DNA of 64,000 nt from Kiritimatiellia bacterium (lineage in GTDB: Bacteria > Verrucomicrobiota > Kiritimatiellia > UBA8416 > JBFIFS01). Below, one piece after another: positions 46,183-57,671 of the stretch. The stretch covers positions 13,097 to 77,096 of the forward strand of contig JBFIFS010000001.1 of the NCBI GenBank assembly GCA_041602695.1, written 5' to 3'. Position 1 is the stretch's first letter, and the number at the start of each line of letters is the position of its first letter. The translations under genes and the position numbers were made by a program. Under the pieces are notes generated by a model that saw only the letters and a list, made by a program, of their open reading frames with translations, was not told the DNA's origin and did no database searches.

Positions 46183-47799
46183 CTACTGTCCCTCCGAGTC
46201 CCTTCTTTCAACTGATGCGCCAACAAATCCCTGGAAAAGCGGGTGGGCCTTGAGCGGAGTCGACTGGAACTCCGGGTGGAACTGGCATGCAACAAACCAG
46301 GGATGGTCAGCCAGCTCAACAGACTCAACGAGGTCCCTCTCCCTGTAAACCCCAGAGATAACGAGCCCCTTATCGGTCAAGTCCTTCCTGAACGCGTTAT
46401 TGAACTCATAGCGGTGTCTGTGACGCTCGGCAATCTCATCGGCGCCGTAAGCAGTCCTTGCTTTAGTGCCGTCCATGAGCACGCACGGATAGGCCCCCAG
46501 ACGCATAGTGCCGCCCATATCGGTCACCGACTTCTGCTCTTCCATCAGGTTGATGACTGGATACTTGGTTTCCGGGTCGAACTCCGTGCTGTTTGCGCCC
46601 TCATATCCGCAAACATTCCTGGCAAACTCCATCACCGCGCACTGCATTCCGAGGCAGATACCGAAGAACGGGATGCTCTTCTCCCGCGCGTACTTCACAG
46701 CCTGGATCTTGCCTTCAATCCCTCGATCACCGAAGCCGCCGGGCACGAGGATTCCGCTTACTCCCGCCAGCAGTTCCTCGGCACCCCTCGCCTCTACTTC
46801 CTCGGATTCGACGGCACGAAATGTGACCTTAACGTCATTCGCTATGCCCCCATGGGTAAGCGCTTCGTATATGCTCTTGTACGAGTCCTGCAGGCTTATG
46901 TACTTCCCGACAACGGCAATCTCGACTTCACCGCGCTCCGGGTTGATGTATGTGTCAACCATCGCCTGCCAGTCTGCAATATCGAGTCCGTTGACCGGCA
47001 GTCCAAGCCCTTCAAGCAGGTATACATCAAGCTCCTGCCTTGCGAGCTCGAGAGGTACCTCGTAAATCGTATTTTCAACATCCTTCTCTTCGATGACCCT
47101 GCGGTTATCAACGTTGCAGAAGAGCGCCAGCTTCTCTCTGTGCTCCTCCTCCATCGACACCTCGCACCGGCAAACCAGCACATCAGGGATAATGCCGATT
47201 GTCCTCAGGATGCCAACCGACTGCTGTGAAGGTTTGGTCTTCAGCTCGCCCGCCGCCTTGATGTAGGGAACCAGCGTGATGTGGACATAGAGAACATTCT
47301 CCTTGCCGACATCGTGGCTGTACTGGCGGATTGCCTCAAGGAACGGCTGCGATTCTATGTCACCAACGGTCCCGCCGATTTCCGTGATAACGATATCAAC
47401 GTCATCGGAGTCCAGAGAGCTGATTGCCGACTTGATCTCATCTGTTACGTGGGGAATGACCTGCACCGTCTTTCCCAGGTAGCCGCCCTCGCGTTCCCTT
47501 CCGATAACAGACGAATAAATTCTTCCGGTGGTGTAGTTGCTGTCCTGCGTGCAGTCGATACCTGTGAAACGTTCGTAGTGACCGAGGTCAAGGTCCGTCT
47601 CTGCCCCGTCCACCGTCACATAAACTTCACCATGCTGGTAGGGGGACATCGTGCCTGGGTCGACATTGATGTAGGGGTCGAGCTTCTGAAGGCGTACGCT
47701 GTAGCCACGGCGCTCGAGAAGCAGCGCTATTGACGCGGCCGTCAGCCCCTTGCCCAGCGAGGATACAACACCGCCTGTTACAAAGATATGCTTGCTCAC
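46183..47799 (-). CDS. pyrG: CTP synthase
   Basis: [16 protein letters not shown], GATase Cys in [12 protein letters not shown] start with GGAGGTG upstream. Confidence 0.95.
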   Translation of the reverse strand: MSKHIFVTGGVVSSLGKGLTAASIALLLERRGYSVRLQKLDPYINVDPGTMSPYQHGEVYVTVDGAETDLDLGHYERFTGIDCTQDSNYTTGRIYSSVIGREREGGYLGKTVQVIPHVTDEIKSAISSLDSDDVDIVITEIGGTVGDIESQPFLEAIRQYSHDVGKENVLYVHITLVPYIKAAGELKTKPSQQSVGILRTIGIIPDVLVCRCEVSMEEEHREKLALFCNVDNRRVIEEKDVENTIYEVPLELARQELDVYLLEGLGLPVNGLDIADWQAMVDTYINPERGEVEIAVVGKYISLQDSYKSIYEALTHGGIANDVKVTFRAVESEEVEARGAEELLAGVSGILVPGGFGDRGIEGKIQAVKYAREKSIPFFGICLGMQCAVMEFARNVCGYEGANSTEFDPETKYPVINLMEEQKSVTDMGGTMRLGAYPCVLMDGTKARTAYGADEIAERHRHRYEFNNAFRKDLTDKGLVISGVYRERDLVESVELADHPWFVACQFHPEFQSTPLKAHPLFQGFVGASVERRDSEGQ

Positions 47800-48021
47800 T
47801 TGAGCCCACCTCCAAGAGATACATTTCGACTGACTTTAAATGGTGTTTGATGCGTAGAGCCAAAACCGCCTGAACACTGCCTGGCGTAGAAACGCAGTGC
47901 CTTTCCTGTTACTGAGAACTCTGTGCAGTCGAGCACTCCCCCGGCGATCCTTTCCAATATCTGTTAGCTCTTTTCATGAAGCAAAACGCTCTGATCGGTG
48001 AACAGAAATATCATAACCGAT

Positions 48022-49446
48022 TTATAAGTCAAGCTGGAGATGCTGAGAATGTTTCTCAAGCATGTTTTTTGACCTCTGCTCCCCTACTTCGACCTTATAA
48101 TCGCCCGTGAAACATGCCGCACAGAAGTCGTCCGAGTTGCCAAACGGTCCTAAAAGTGACTCTGTGCTCAGGTATCCCAGGCTGTCCGCCCCCAGATAGC
48201 GCTGCGTCTCTTCAACACTCCTGTGCCCGGCGATCAGCTCCTCCCTGGTCGGGAAATCAATGCCGAAAAAGCATGGGTGCGAAACCGGAGGACAGGAAAT
48301 CCTGACATGGACCTCCTTTGCCCCCGCATCCTGGAGGCTGCGTACGCGCTTGCGCGCGGTTGTGCCCCTTACAATGGAGTCATCAACTATCACAACGCGC
48401 TTGCCGTCTACAACTTCCGGCAGAACGGACAGCTTCATGTCAACCCCCGATGCGCGATCGTCCTGCTCGGGCATTATGAAGGTCCTTCCGACGTAGTGGT
48501 TACGGATAAATCCGTAATCCAGGGGGATTCCGCTCTCACGCGAGTAACCAAGCGCCGCCGAGTTGCCGCTGTCCGGTACGGGAATGACAATGTCCGCGTC
48601 CACAGGAAACTCCCTCGCCAGGGCCTCGCCGTACTTTACCCTCACTAAGTGCACATTCTCTCCGAAAACCAGGCTGTCGGGCCTGGCGAAGTAGACCATT
48701 TCGAAAACACACTGCGCCAGCCTGGGCGCCCTCTCGGCAAACCGCTCACTCTTCATCCCCGATTCATCAACGGTAACGATCTCACCGGGCTCGAGGTCGC
48801 GCACGTACTCCGCTCCAGTCTGCCGCAGCGCGCAGGATTCGCTTGCAAAAGCCCACCCCGTCCCAAGTTTTCCGATCGAGAGCGGCCTGAACCCGTTAGG
48901 ATCGCGCGCGGCCATGACGCAAGACTTCGTCATTACAAGGAAGGCGAAGGCGCCCTTCAGTTCAGCAAGGGCACGTCCCACGCGGTGCGGCCTGTTTCGG
49001 TACATTGGATCGGCAAGCATGTGGATCAGCACTTCGCTGTCTGTGCTGGTCTGGAAGATCGCGCCGGCATCCTGATACATTGATCGAAGCTCGTCGGCAT
49101 TTACGAGGTTTCCGTTATGCGCGACAACCCAGAGCCCGTCGCTGCACTCAGCAACAAGAGGCTGGACGTTCTGAATGCGTGTTGATCCAGTAGTCGAGTA
49201 CCTAACGTGACCTATGCCGTGGCTCCCCGTTAGGCCGTCAAGGCCTCCTTTTCCGAAGACTTCGCTGACAAGACCCATGCCCTTGTAGGACCGCACCTTC
49301 GACCTGTCGCTAACCACGATGCCAGCGCCTTCCTGGCCGCGGTGCTGCAGAGAGAATAGGCCCCGATAGATGGTGGGCGCGCAATTCTCCACGCCGAAAA
49401 CACCGAACAACCCGCAATGCTCTCTGGGAGAATCACCCACAATCAT
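48022..49446 (-). CDS. purF: Amidophosphoribosyltransferase
   Basis: Propeptide then Ntn Cys (MIVGDSPREHCGLFGVFG), PRPP loop VVIVDDSIVRGTT, and 4Fe-4S Cys residues near the C-terminus. Confidence 0.9.
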   Translation of the reverse strand: MIVGDSPREHCGLFGVFGVENCAPTIYRGLFSLQHRGQEGAGIVVSDRSKVRSYKGMGLVSEVFGKGGLDGLTGSHGIGHVRYSTTGSTRIQNVQPLVAECSDGLWVVAHNGNLVNADELRSMYQDAGAIFQTSTDSEVLIHMLADPMYRNRPHRVGRALAELKGAFAFLVMTKSCVMAARDPNGFRPLSIGKLGTGWAFASESCALRQTGAEYVRDLEPGEIVTVDESGMKSERFAERAPRLAQCVFEMVYFARPDSLVFGENVHLVRVKYGEALAREFPVDADIVIPVPDSGNSAALGYSRESGIPLDYGFIRNHYVGRTFIMPEQDDRASGVDMKLSVLPEVVDGKRVVIVDDSIVRGTTARKRVRSLQDAGAKEVHVRISCPPVSHPCFFGIDFPTREELIAGHRSVEETQRYLGADSLGYLSTESLLGPFGNSDDFCAACFTGDYKVEVGEQRSKNMLEKHSQHLQLDL

Positions 49447-49451
49447 GTGCC

Positions 49452-50885
49452 CTACCTTTTCTTTTGTTCTAGATACTCGTGAATATTGCGAGCGCATTCG
49501 CGACCGTCCGCCATGGCTCGAACCACCAGCGACTGTCCCGTCGACATGTCGCCGGTCACAAAGACTCCTTCAATGGACGTCATGCCTAGCTCGTTCTTTA
49601 CTATGTGTGCACGCTCATCATACTTAATCCCGATCTCTGACAGAGAATCCATTCTCCTGGGCCCCACAAAGCCCATCGCGAGAAGTACGAGGTCCGCCTT
49701 GACCTCGAAGCGCGAGCCCTTGACAGGCACAACCTGCATCCGCCCGTCCTTGCCGCGCTTCCACTCGATTTCCTCGGCCACGAGCGATGTCACGCGTTCG
49801 CCGTCACCTTTGATCTCGACGGTATTGACGCACCAGCGGCGCGTCCCGCCCTCTTTATGGCTGCTCGTTTCCTTAAGAACGTTGGGCCATTCAGGCCAGG
49901 GTGTGGTGTCAGGCCGCTTCTTGGGCGGCTTAGGCATGATTTCTATCTGAAGCACCTTTTTTGCGCCCTGGCGCAGCGATGTCCCAATGCAGTCAGACCC
50001 GGTATCACCGCCGCCGATAACTACTACACTCTTGCCAGTGGCCACGATATCTTCATTTTCCGGGACCCGCTCCCCACCCGTCTTTTTGTTCTGGCAGCGC
50101 AGAAACTCCATCGCAAAATAAGTCCCCTTCAATTCCCTGCCCGGCACCTTGAGGTCGCGCGGTTCCCGCGCACCACCTGCAAGGCAAACCGCGTCGAAGC
50201 GGTCCATGACAAACGCGAAGGATATGTCCTTTCCGACGACCACGCCCCGCTCAAACACTATTCCCTCTTCCCGCATCAGCTTAACTCTTCGGTCGATAAC
50301 GCTCTTCTCAAGTTTGAAGTCCGGAATACCATAGCGGAGGATACCGCCAACCTTGCGGTCTTTCTCAAAGACCGTCACCTCGTGGCCCAGCTGGTTAAGG
50401 GCATCCGCCACTGCAAGGCCCGCCGGTCCCGATCCAATCACCGCGACACGGGTTCCTGTTCTTTCGGAGGGAATGCTCGGCTTTATATATCCCTTCTCAA
50501 ACGCCTTCTCAATGATCGCCAGCTCAATCTGCCTTATCGTTACGGGCTCGTCATTAATGCCCAGCACACAGGACGCCTCGCACGGAGCGGGGCAGATTCT
50601 GCCGGTAAATTCCGGAAAACGATTTGTTTCCATCAGGATCTCCAGTGCATCCTCCCACTGGTGCCTGTAAAGCATATCATTGAACTCAGGAATCACATTG
50701 CTGAGTGGACACCCGCATCCATGGCAGAATGGCACGCCGCAGTCCATGCACCGAGCGGCCTGCTCTGTCAGCTCCTCCTCGGAGAGACGCAGCTCCACTT
50801 CATTGTAATCCTTAAGGCGCTGCCGCTTCTGCCTGTAGCCCGGCTCCTTGCGCCCGTATTCTAGAAATCCGCCGTCCTTACCCAT
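49452..50885 (-). CDS. gltD: Glutamate synthase small subunit
   Basis: Fe-S Cys clusters (CMDCGVPFCHGCGCP), two dinucleotide folds (VAVIGSGPAGLA, VVVIGGGDTGSDC). Confidence 0.9.
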   Translation of the reverse strand: MGKDGGFLEYGRKEPGYRQKRQRLKDYNEVELRLSEEELTEQAARCMDCGVPFCHGCGCPLSNVIPEFNDMLYRHQWEDALEILMETNRFPEFTGRICPAPCEASCVLGINDEPVTIRQIELAIIEKAFEKGYIKPSIPSERTGTRVAVIGSGPAGLAVADALNQLGHEVTVFEKDRKVGGILRYGIPDFKLEKSVIDRRVKLMREEGIVFERGVVVGKDISFAFVMDRFDAVCLAGGAREPRDLKVPGRELKGTYFAMEFLRCQNKKTGGERVPENEDIVATGKSVVVIGGGDTGSDCIGTSLRQGAKKVLQIEIMPKPPKKRPDTTPWPEWPNVLKETSSHKEGGTRRWCVNTVEIKGDGERVTSLVAEEIEWKRGKDGRMQVVPVKGSRFEVKADLVLLAMGFVGPRRMDSLSEIGIKYDERAHIVKNELGMTSIEGVFVTGDMSTGQSLVVRAMADGRECARNIHEYLEQKKR

Positions 50886-53800
50886 TTACGACCTCTTCAC
50901 GCTCTACAGCTTCATCCTCTTTGCTCATCTGACCGAGCACACGCCTGTATTCCATAGGGAACACCTTAACAAACTTGGAAAGGCTCTCTTCCCAATCTTC
51001 AAGAATCCGCTGCGCCTTAGCGCTCTTTGTGTATTTGAAGTGATTCTCAATAAGGCCCCTGAGCTCAAGAATGTCCTTCTTGTCCTCTACGAGCTCAAGG
51101 TCGACCATGTCGAGATTGCAGCGTGTCTCAAACGCCCGGTCTTCGTCAAAGACATATGCCAGGCCGCCGCTCATTCCCGCGGCAAAATTCACGCCTGTCT
51201 GCCCGAGAACGACAACGCGTCCACCGGTCATGTACTCACATCCATGGTCTCCGACTCCCTCGACCACGGCCGTACAGCCGCTATTGCGTATACAGAACCG
51301 TTCGCCCGCCTGCCCGTAAATATAGACCTCGCCCTCAACCGCGCCATAAAGAAGAACGTTCCCGCAAATTATGCTCTCTGAAGGCGCGTATGTCGTGCCT
51401 TGAAAAGGCGTCACGATTATCCGTGCGCCCGACAGCCCCTTTCCGAGATAGTCGTTGGCCTCGCCCTGCAGATGCATTGTCAGGCCATGTGCTCCAAACG
51501 CGCCGAAACTCTGACCGGCCGAGCCCTCAAAGTTGCAGACGATGGTATTGTTCCGCAGCCCCTTGAAACCGTACTTTTTTGCGATCATGCCGGAAAGCAT
51601 GGTTCCCGTGGCCCTGTCAACGTTCCGGATCTTCTTGGAAATCTCGACCTTGGTTCCGTCCTTCAGCGCAGGTTTGGCCAGCCTGATGAGCTCATGGTCC
51701 ATGATATCATCAATCCCGTGGTCCTGAACGGTTTGGCACCTTACCGGCTGCCCGTGGCCGTGTGTAGAAGCGAGCAGCGGTCCGAAGTCAAGGCCCCGCG
51801 CCTTCCAGAAACCAATCGCTTCGTTCACATTCAGCAGGTCTGAACGGCCGACCATTTCGTCCATGCTAGTGAACCCGAGCTGTGCCATGTATTCCCGGAC
51901 TTCCGAAGCAAGCATGCGGAAGAAATTCACGACATATTCAGGCTTGCCCGAGTACCGTTTTCTCAAGCGGGCATCCTGGGTTGCAATGCCCACGGGACAA
52001 GTGTTCTTGTGGCATTTTCTCATCATGATGCAGCCGCATACAACGAGAGCTGTTGTAGCAAACCCGAACTCCTCGGCTCCGAGAAGGCAGGCTATCACCA
52101 CATCGCGCCCGGTCTTGATCTGTCCGTCGGTCTGGACGCGGATCTTGTCTCGCAGATGGTTCGCTACAAGGGTCTGCTGCGTTTCCGCAAGCCCAAGCTC
52201 CCATGGGACACCCGCATGCTTTATCGAGGAGAGTGGCGACGCTCCGGTTCCGCCATCGTAGCCGGCGACGAGGACCATATCAGCCTTGGCCTTGGCAACT
52301 CCGGCAGCAACCGTGCCAACCCCCGTCTCGGATACAAGCTTCACGGAAACACGGGCGTCGGGGTTCGCGTTCTTGAGGTCAAAGATCAATTGCTTTATGT
52401 CCTCGATTGAATAGATGTCGTGATGAGGCGGCGGAGAGATTAACGTCACACCCGGAGTGGAATGGCGCACCCTCGCAATTTCCTTCTCTACCTTGTGCCC
52501 GGGCAGCTGGCCGCCCTCTCCTGGCTTCGCGCCCTGAGCAATCTTAATCTGAATCTCTCTGGCGTTTACGAGGTACTCGTTTGTGACGCCGAATCGACCG
52601 CTCGCCACCTGCTTGATCGCGCTGCACTTACTGTCGCCATTCTTCATAGGTTTGTAGCGCGCAGGGTCCTCGCCGCCCTCCCCGCTGTTGCTCATGGCCC
52701 CTATGCGATTCATGGCAATCGCAAGAGTTTCATGCGACTCCCTGCTTATCGAGCCAAAGGACATCGCAGAGGTCACAAAGCGCTTCATGATTGACTCAAC
52801 CGATTCCACCTTGTCGATAGAAACGCCTTTGGTCTTCTTGAACGTAAAGAGGCCGCGCAGCGTGGAAAGGGCCTTGCTCTGATCGTTGATCATCCTCGCG
52901 TAATCGCGGTAAAGCTCCTCGCTGTTTTCTCGTGTAGCACGTTGAAGAGTGGCTATTGACTGGGGTGTCCAGAGGTGGCGTTCTCCATCGCTTCTGTATC
53001 TGTAATGCCCTCCGCTCTCCAGCAGATGCGATGTTCCCGGCGACTTGTCCACGGCGGCCCGGTAGCGCATCCTGGCCTCTTCGGCTATCTCCTTGAGCCC
53101 GATGCCGCCGATACGGCTTTCCGTCCCTGTGAAATACTTGGCTACCATTTCCGTGTCCAGGCCGACGGCCTCGAACACCTGTGCGTTCCTGTAGCTGCGC
53201 AGCGTGGATATGCCCATTTTCGACATTATCTTCAGCAGGCCTTTGCAGAGAGCGTTGATGTAGTTCTCAATGGCCTTCGTAACACTCAACGAGCCGCCAG
53301 TCAGCTTGCCTGTCAGGGCCAGGTCTGCGATGATTTCGAAGGCAACATACGGGTTGATGGCAGTAGCACCAAACCCGAGGAGCAGTGCCATGTCCTGGAC
53401 CTCTCGCGCCTCGCCCGTTTCAACGATCAGGCTAGCGCTAGTACGAAGCCCTTCCCTTATCAGGCGCTGGTGCACTGTCGATACGGCCAAAAGCGCGGGG
53501 ATCGGGGCCATCCCGGGGCCAAGATCGCGATCGCTCAACACAATAAGAGTCTTTCCACTGCCGATCGCGTCAATGACCTTTCGACAGATCCCCTCGAGGC
53601 ATCGCTCTAAATCCGCAGAGGAGCCGGAACCTGGAAACTGCATCTTGATTTCGAACGATTCAAAGTGCTTGATCTTGCCCGACTCCAGCCGAACAAGGTC
53701 CTCATTTGAGAGAATCGGATGCAGCAGCTTGATCAGCCTGGCGTTCCCCGGTTCGTCCTTGAGAATGTTCGGCCTGTTTCCCATGAATGTAAGAAGCGAC

Positions 53801-55503
53801 ATGACAAGCTCTTCCCTGATCGGGTCGATCGGAGGGTTCGTCACCTGAGCGAAAAGCTGCTTGAAGTATTTATAAAGCAGCTGTGGCCTCTCGCTGAGGA
53901 CGGCCAGCGGTGTGTCAGCGCCCATTGATCCAACGGGCTCCTTTCCCGTCTCGGCCATCGGGCCCAAAATTGTGTCGAGATCCTCGCGTGTATAGCCAAA
54001 AACCTTTTCCCTATGCCTCAGGGTGTCTCGGTCCGGCTCAACAGGCGCTACGTCATTGAAGAGTCCGTGAAGAGTGATCTTGTTTTCGTCAACCCAGCGC
54101 CTATAAGGAAGCTTCCTGGTGTAATACGCCTTCACTTCCCCGTTCTTGAGGACGCGCTTCTTTGCCGTGTCGACAACTATGATCTGGCCTGGCCTCAGAG
54201 CGCCGCGCTCCTTGACGCGTTTGGGGTCAATCTCAAGCACTCCTGTCTCCGACGCGCACACAACAAATCCGTCTGTGGTGATGGTGTATCTTGCAGGACG
54301 CAGCCCGTTCCTGTCGAGGCTCGCACCTATAACGGTCCCGTCCATGAATGCGACGGCTGCCGGTCCGTCCCATGGCTCCATCAGCCCCGCGTGGTACTCG
54401 AAGAAACCGCGCTGGTCAGGGCCGATCGGATACTTTGGCCCCCATGCCTGCGGCATCAGCATCATCATGGAATGAGCCAGGTCGCGGCCGGCTGACGCTA
54501 TCAGTTCAACTATATTGTCCAGGCACGCTGAGTCGCTCCCGGTCTCGTCAATCACCGGCAGGAGTTTCTTTATGTCGGACCCGAAGAGCTTGCTCTCAAG
54601 CGCGCCCTCCCGCGCCCGCATCTGCATCTTGTTTCCGCGCAAGGTATTGATTTCCCCATTGTGCGCAAGGAACCTGAAGGGCTGGCTGAGCTTCCATGAT
54701 GGAAAGGTATTTGTACTGTAGCGCTGATGCAGCACTGCCATCGCCGAAGTGAAGTCCTCTGCCTGCAGGTCCTCAAAGAATTCGGCTATCTGTCCGCCCA
54801 TAACCATTCCCTTGTAAACGATTGTGCGGGACGAGAGGCTCACTATATAGAACTGGTCCCCGAGGGAGAGGGCTTCATCCACACGTTTCTCGATCATTCG
54901 CCGCGCCACATATAGCTTCCGTTCAAGGCTGCGGCCTGCATCCTTGGACGCCAGGAAGAACTGCGCGACATCCGGGCGCACCGACTCCGCAAGGTCGCCC
55001 AGCGCGGACGCATTAACAGGCACATCACGCCAGCCGAGGAACTGAAGCCCCTCTTTCTTCGCGGTGTCCGCTATAAGGCGGCGGCATTCCTTCTGGGCTT
55101 TCGCCTCACGCGGCAGAAAAACCATGCCGACGCCAAAAGACTTTCCGGCCGGAAGCTTCACCCCGGCCTCAGGACACACCCTCGCAAAGAATTCCCTGGG
55201 CAGCTGAAGAAGAATACCTGCTCCATCACCGGTCTTCCCGTCTCCCCCCGCTGCGCCCCTGTGCACAAGGTTCTCAAGGACAGTTACCGCGTCCCTGACC
55301 AGTCCATGTGACTTGCGGCCTTTGATGTCAGCAAGAAAGCCTACGCCGCAGGCGTCCCTCTCGTTCTTCCGCGAGTAAAGGCCAAACTCCTCAGGCCACC
55401 ACTGGCCAGATTCCTCTCCGTCCCTATTCACTAGTCCCTCTCCTTGGCGGAAAAACCTGTACGCCCAGAAGAGCGTACAGGTCCTCCGTGATATTGGGTG
55501 CAA
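50878..55503 (-). CDS. gltB: Glutamate synthase large subunit
   Basis: 1541 aa. Ntn Cys (RDACGVGFLADIKG), FMN/3Fe-4S central domain, and the C-terminal GXGXG beta-helix. Confidence 0.95.
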   Translation of the reverse strand: MHPISRRTCTLFWAYRFFRQGEGLVNRDGEESGQWWPEEFGLYSRKNERDACGVGFLADIKGRKSHGLVRDAVTVLENLVHRGAAGGDGKTGDGAGILLQLPREFFARVCPEAGVKLPAGKSFGVGMVFLPREAKAQKECRRLIADTAKKEGLQFLGWRDVPVNASALGDLAESVRPDVAQFFLASKDAGRSLERKLYVARRMIEKRVDEALSLGDQFYIVSLSSRTIVYKGMVMGGQIAEFFEDLQAEDFTSAMAVLHQRYSTNTFPSWKLSQPFRFLAHNGEINTLRGNKMQMRAREGALESKLFGSDIKKLLPVIDETGSDSACLDNIVELIASAGRDLAHSMMMLMPQAWGPKYPIGPDQRGFFEYHAGLMEPWDGPAAVAFMDGTVIGASLDRNGLRPARYTITTDGFVVCASETGVLEIDPKRVKERGALRPGQIIVVDTAKKRVLKNGEVKAYYTRKLPYRRWVDENKITLHGLFNDVAPVEPDRDTLRHREKVFGYTREDLDTILGPMAETGKEPVGSMGADTPLAVLSERPQLLYKYFKQLFAQVTNPPIDPIREELVMSLLTFMGNRPNILKDEPGNARLIKLLHPILSNEDLVRLESGKIKHFESFEIKMQFPGSGSSADLERCLEGICRKVIDAIGSGKTLIVLSDRDLGPGMAPIPALLAVSTVHQRLIREGLRTSASLIVETGEAREVQDMALLLGFGATAINPYVAFEIIADLALTGKLTGGSLSVTKAIENYINALCKGLLKIMSKMGISTLRSYRNAQVFEAVGLDTEMVAKYFTGTESRIGGIGLKEIAEEARMRYRAAVDKSPGTSHLLESGGHYRYRSDGERHLWTPQSIATLQRATRENSEELYRDYARMINDQSKALSTLRGLFTFKKTKGVSIDKVESVESIMKRFVTSAMSFGSISRESHETLAIAMNRIGAMSNSGEGGEDPARYKPMKNGDSKCSAIKQVASGRFGVTNEYLVNAREIQIKIAQGAKPGEGGQLPGHKVEKEIARVRHSTPGVTLISPPPHHDIYSIEDIKQLIFDLKNANPDARVSVKLVSETGVGTVAAGVAKAKADMVLVAGYDGGTGASPLSSIKHAGVPWELGLAETQQTLVANHLRDKIRVQTDGQIKTGRDVVIACLLGAEEFGFATTALVVCGCIMMRKCHKNTCPVGIATQDARLRKRYSGKPEYVVNFFRMLASEVREYMAQLGFTSMDEMVGRSDLLNVNEAIGFWKARGLDFGPLLASTHGHGQPVRCQTVQDHGIDDIMDHELIRLAKPALKDGTKVEISKKIRNVDRATGTMLSGMIAKKYGFKGLRNNTIVCNFEGSAGQSFGAFGAHGLTMHLQGEANDYLGKGLSGARIIVTPFQGTTYAPSESIICGNVLLYGAVEGEVYIYGQAGERFCIRNSGCTAVVEGVGDHGCEYMTGGRVVVLGQTGVNFAAGMSGGLAYVFDEDRAFETRCNLDMVDLELVEDKKDILELRGLIENHFKYTKSAKAQRILEDWEESLSKFVKVFPMEYRRVLGQMSKEDEAVEREEVVNG

Positions 55504-55511
55504 AATCCCTG

Positions 55512-57572
55512 TTACATCATGAACATCATTTCAGCATAAGACGGCAGCGGCCAAAGGTCGTCCGGCACGACCTCTTCGAGGCTGTCCGCAACTTCCCGCA
55601 GCGCGGCCATCTTACCTATAATTGCCTTCGCTGACCCCGCTTTCTCGAGTGCAGCGATCGCCTTGATCAGCTTTTCGACCTGGGCGCCTACACTCCTTGA
55701 AAGACCCTTAAGGGCCGGGCCGCTTGTTTTGACATCTGCAATCTCACCCAGATAGCGTATGGCCGCTGGAAGTATCATGGTCTTCGCTATCGTAAGAGCG
55801 CAGGCTGCTTCGATATTGATCGTCATTTCGTAGGCTTCGCTGTACACCTCGTAACGCGAGTGAAGCTCTTTAGCGGTAAGCACGCCATACTTCTCAAACA
55901 TTGCAATGTTCGACTTGTTGACGATCGCCTTAAGTGCTTCCGGCGTTGTGATCATGTTCGGGAGGCCGCGCTTCTTCGCTTCCTTCTTCCAGGCGTCGGC
56001 ATAGTTGTCGCCGTTGAAGATAATACGCTTGTGCTTCTTGAGCATCTTGCTGAGAAGCTTCTGAAGCGCCTTGTTGAAGTCCTTCTTGCCGGCCTTTTCC
56101 AGCTCGGTGCACATCTCGTCAAGAACTTCTGCTACCATCGTATTGATTACGATGTTGGCTCCCGCACAGCTGTGCGTAGACCCGACGGCGCGGAACTCGA
56201 ACTTATTGCCTGTGAACGCGAAAGGAGACGTCCTGTTGCGGTCCGTCGCGTCGCGCGGCAGCTCAGGAAGGTGCGAGACGCCCACGACGATCGCTCCGCC
56301 CTGCTTCGAGCTCTTAGCCGAGCCGCCCTTCTCTATCTGCTCCATTATGTCCGTGAGCTGGTCGCCCAGGAACACAGACATGATCGCGGGAGGCGCTTCG
56401 TTTGCGCCAAGTCTATGATCATTGCTGGCCGAGGCTACAGCCGCGCGCAGCAGGTCGGCGTGCTTGTCCACGGCGGCCACGAGCGCTACGATCATTGTAA
56501 GGAACTTGGCGTTCTCGTGCGGGTTGTCGCCGGGCTGCAGCCAGTTCTTGCCGTCAGGTCCCGCAACCGCCCAGTTGTTATGCTTGCCCGATCCGTTAAC
56601 GCCTGCATAAGGCTTCTCATGGAGAAGGCAGACGAAACCGTGCCTCTCTGCCACTTCCTTGAGTACGGACATCACGATCATGTTGTGGTCCACAGCCAGG
56701 TTAAGCTCCTCGAATACCGGGGCTATCTCGAACTGAGCGGGGCATACCTCATTGTGACGTGTCCGCGCAGGGACGCCCAGCGACCACAGCTCCTGGTCGA
56801 CTTCCGTCATGAAGTCAACGACCCTGGGCTTAATCGCGCCGAAATAGTGATCGTCCATCTGCTGATGCTTCGCCGGGCCCTTCCCGAAAAGTGTGCGGCC
56901 TGTCTGCACGAGATCAAGGCGAGCCTCGTAGAATGCCTTATCGATCAGGAAGTATTCCTGCTCAGGGCCCAGCGTCGCGTATGCCCGTTTCCCCGAGTTC
57001 TTCACGCCAAAAAGCTTTCCAAGCCGGCATACCTGAGCCGATACCGCATCCATTGAGCGGAGAAGCGGCGTCTTCTTGTCCAGGGCTTCACCATGGTAGG
57101 AGCAGAAGATAGTCGGAATGCAGAGCGTCGCGCCGCTCTCACTCTTCCTGATGAAGGCAGGACTTGAAGGATCCCATGCCGTGTATCCACGGGCCTCGAA
57201 AGTAGCGCGTATCCCGCCTGACGGGAAACTTGACGCATCAGGCTCGCCCTGTATGAGCTCCTTGCCTGAGAAAGTCACGATGCATCCGCCCTCGTTATCC
57301 GGAACAAGGAACGCTTCATGCTTCTCAGCTGTCGCCCCCGTAAGCGGCTGGAACCAGTGCGTGAAGTGTGTTGCTCCGCGCTCGACAGCCCAGGTCTTCA
57401 TCGCATCGGCCACTTCGTCTGCGATCTTGGGGTCCAGCGTCTTGCCGCTGCAGATCGTAGAAGCAAGCGACTTGTACGCCTTTTCGGACAGATAATTGCG
57501 CATGGTCTTAACGCTGAAAACGTTCTCGCCATAGCACCCCATTGGACTCTCACTTACCAGTTTCTTACTCAT
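55512..57572 (-). CDS. glnN: Glutamine synthetase type III
   Basis: About 690 aa, GSIII length and N-terminus (FGENVFS-like ...[12 protein letters not shown]), [19 protein letters not shown]. The ATG at 57572 has AAGGAG 8 nt upstream. Confidence 0.9.
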   Translation of the reverse strand: MSKKLVSESPMGCYGENVFSVKTMRNYLSEKAYKSLASTICSGKTLDPKIADEVADAMKTWAVERGATHFTHWFQPLTGATAEKHEAFLVPDNEGGCIVTFSGKELIQGEPDASSFPSGGIRATFEARGYTAWDPSSPAFIRKSESGATLCIPTIFCSYHGEALDKKTPLLRSMDAVSAQVCRLGKLFGVKNSGKRAYATLGPEQEYFLIDKAFYEARLDLVQTGRTLFGKGPAKHQQMDDHYFGAIKPRVVDFMTEVDQELWSLGVPARTRHNEVCPAQFEIAPVFEELNLAVDHNMIVMSVLKEVAERHGFVCLLHEKPYAGVNGSGKHNNWAVAGPDGKNWLQPGDNPHENAKFLTMIVALVAAVDKHADLLRAAVASASNDHRLGANEAPPAIMSVFLGDQLTDIMEQIEKGGSAKSSKQGGAIVVGVSHLPELPRDATDRNRTSPFAFTGNKFEFRAVGSTHSCAGANIVINTMVAEVLDEMCTELEKAGKKDFNKALQKLLSKMLKKHKRIIFNGDNYADAWKKEAKKRGLPNMITTPEALKAIVNKSNIAMFEKYGVLTAKELHSRYEVYSEAYEMTINIEAACALTIAKTMILPAAIRYLGEIADVKTSGPALKGLSRSVGAQVEKLIKAIAALEKAGSAKAIIGKMAALREVADSLEEVVPDDLWPLPSYAEMMFMM

Positions 57573-57671
57573 CACTTCCACTCCTTATGACTACTTCCTC
57601 GTATATCAGATCACTCTTACCACGTCACCAAAACATTTCCAGAACAGACACTTTTCTGCGACAGATGCTAC

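Noticed and set aside
47800-48021. Possible glutamine or pyrimidine riboswitch in the purF-pyrG spacer
   Set aside because: I could not match the sequence to any riboswitch consensus I can recall. Only generic hairpins are visible, so it is kept as a low-interest finding, not a feature.
55860-57056. 398-aa antisense ORF within glnN, together with similar long antisense ORFs at 24036..25013, 43288..44226, 46243..47229 and 49857..50864
   Set aside because: Each lies fully inside a highly conserved, confidently identified gene on the other strand. Each has an Arg/Leu/His-rich composition typical of antisense frames in GC-rich coding DNA. None has a ribosome-binding site or motif support.
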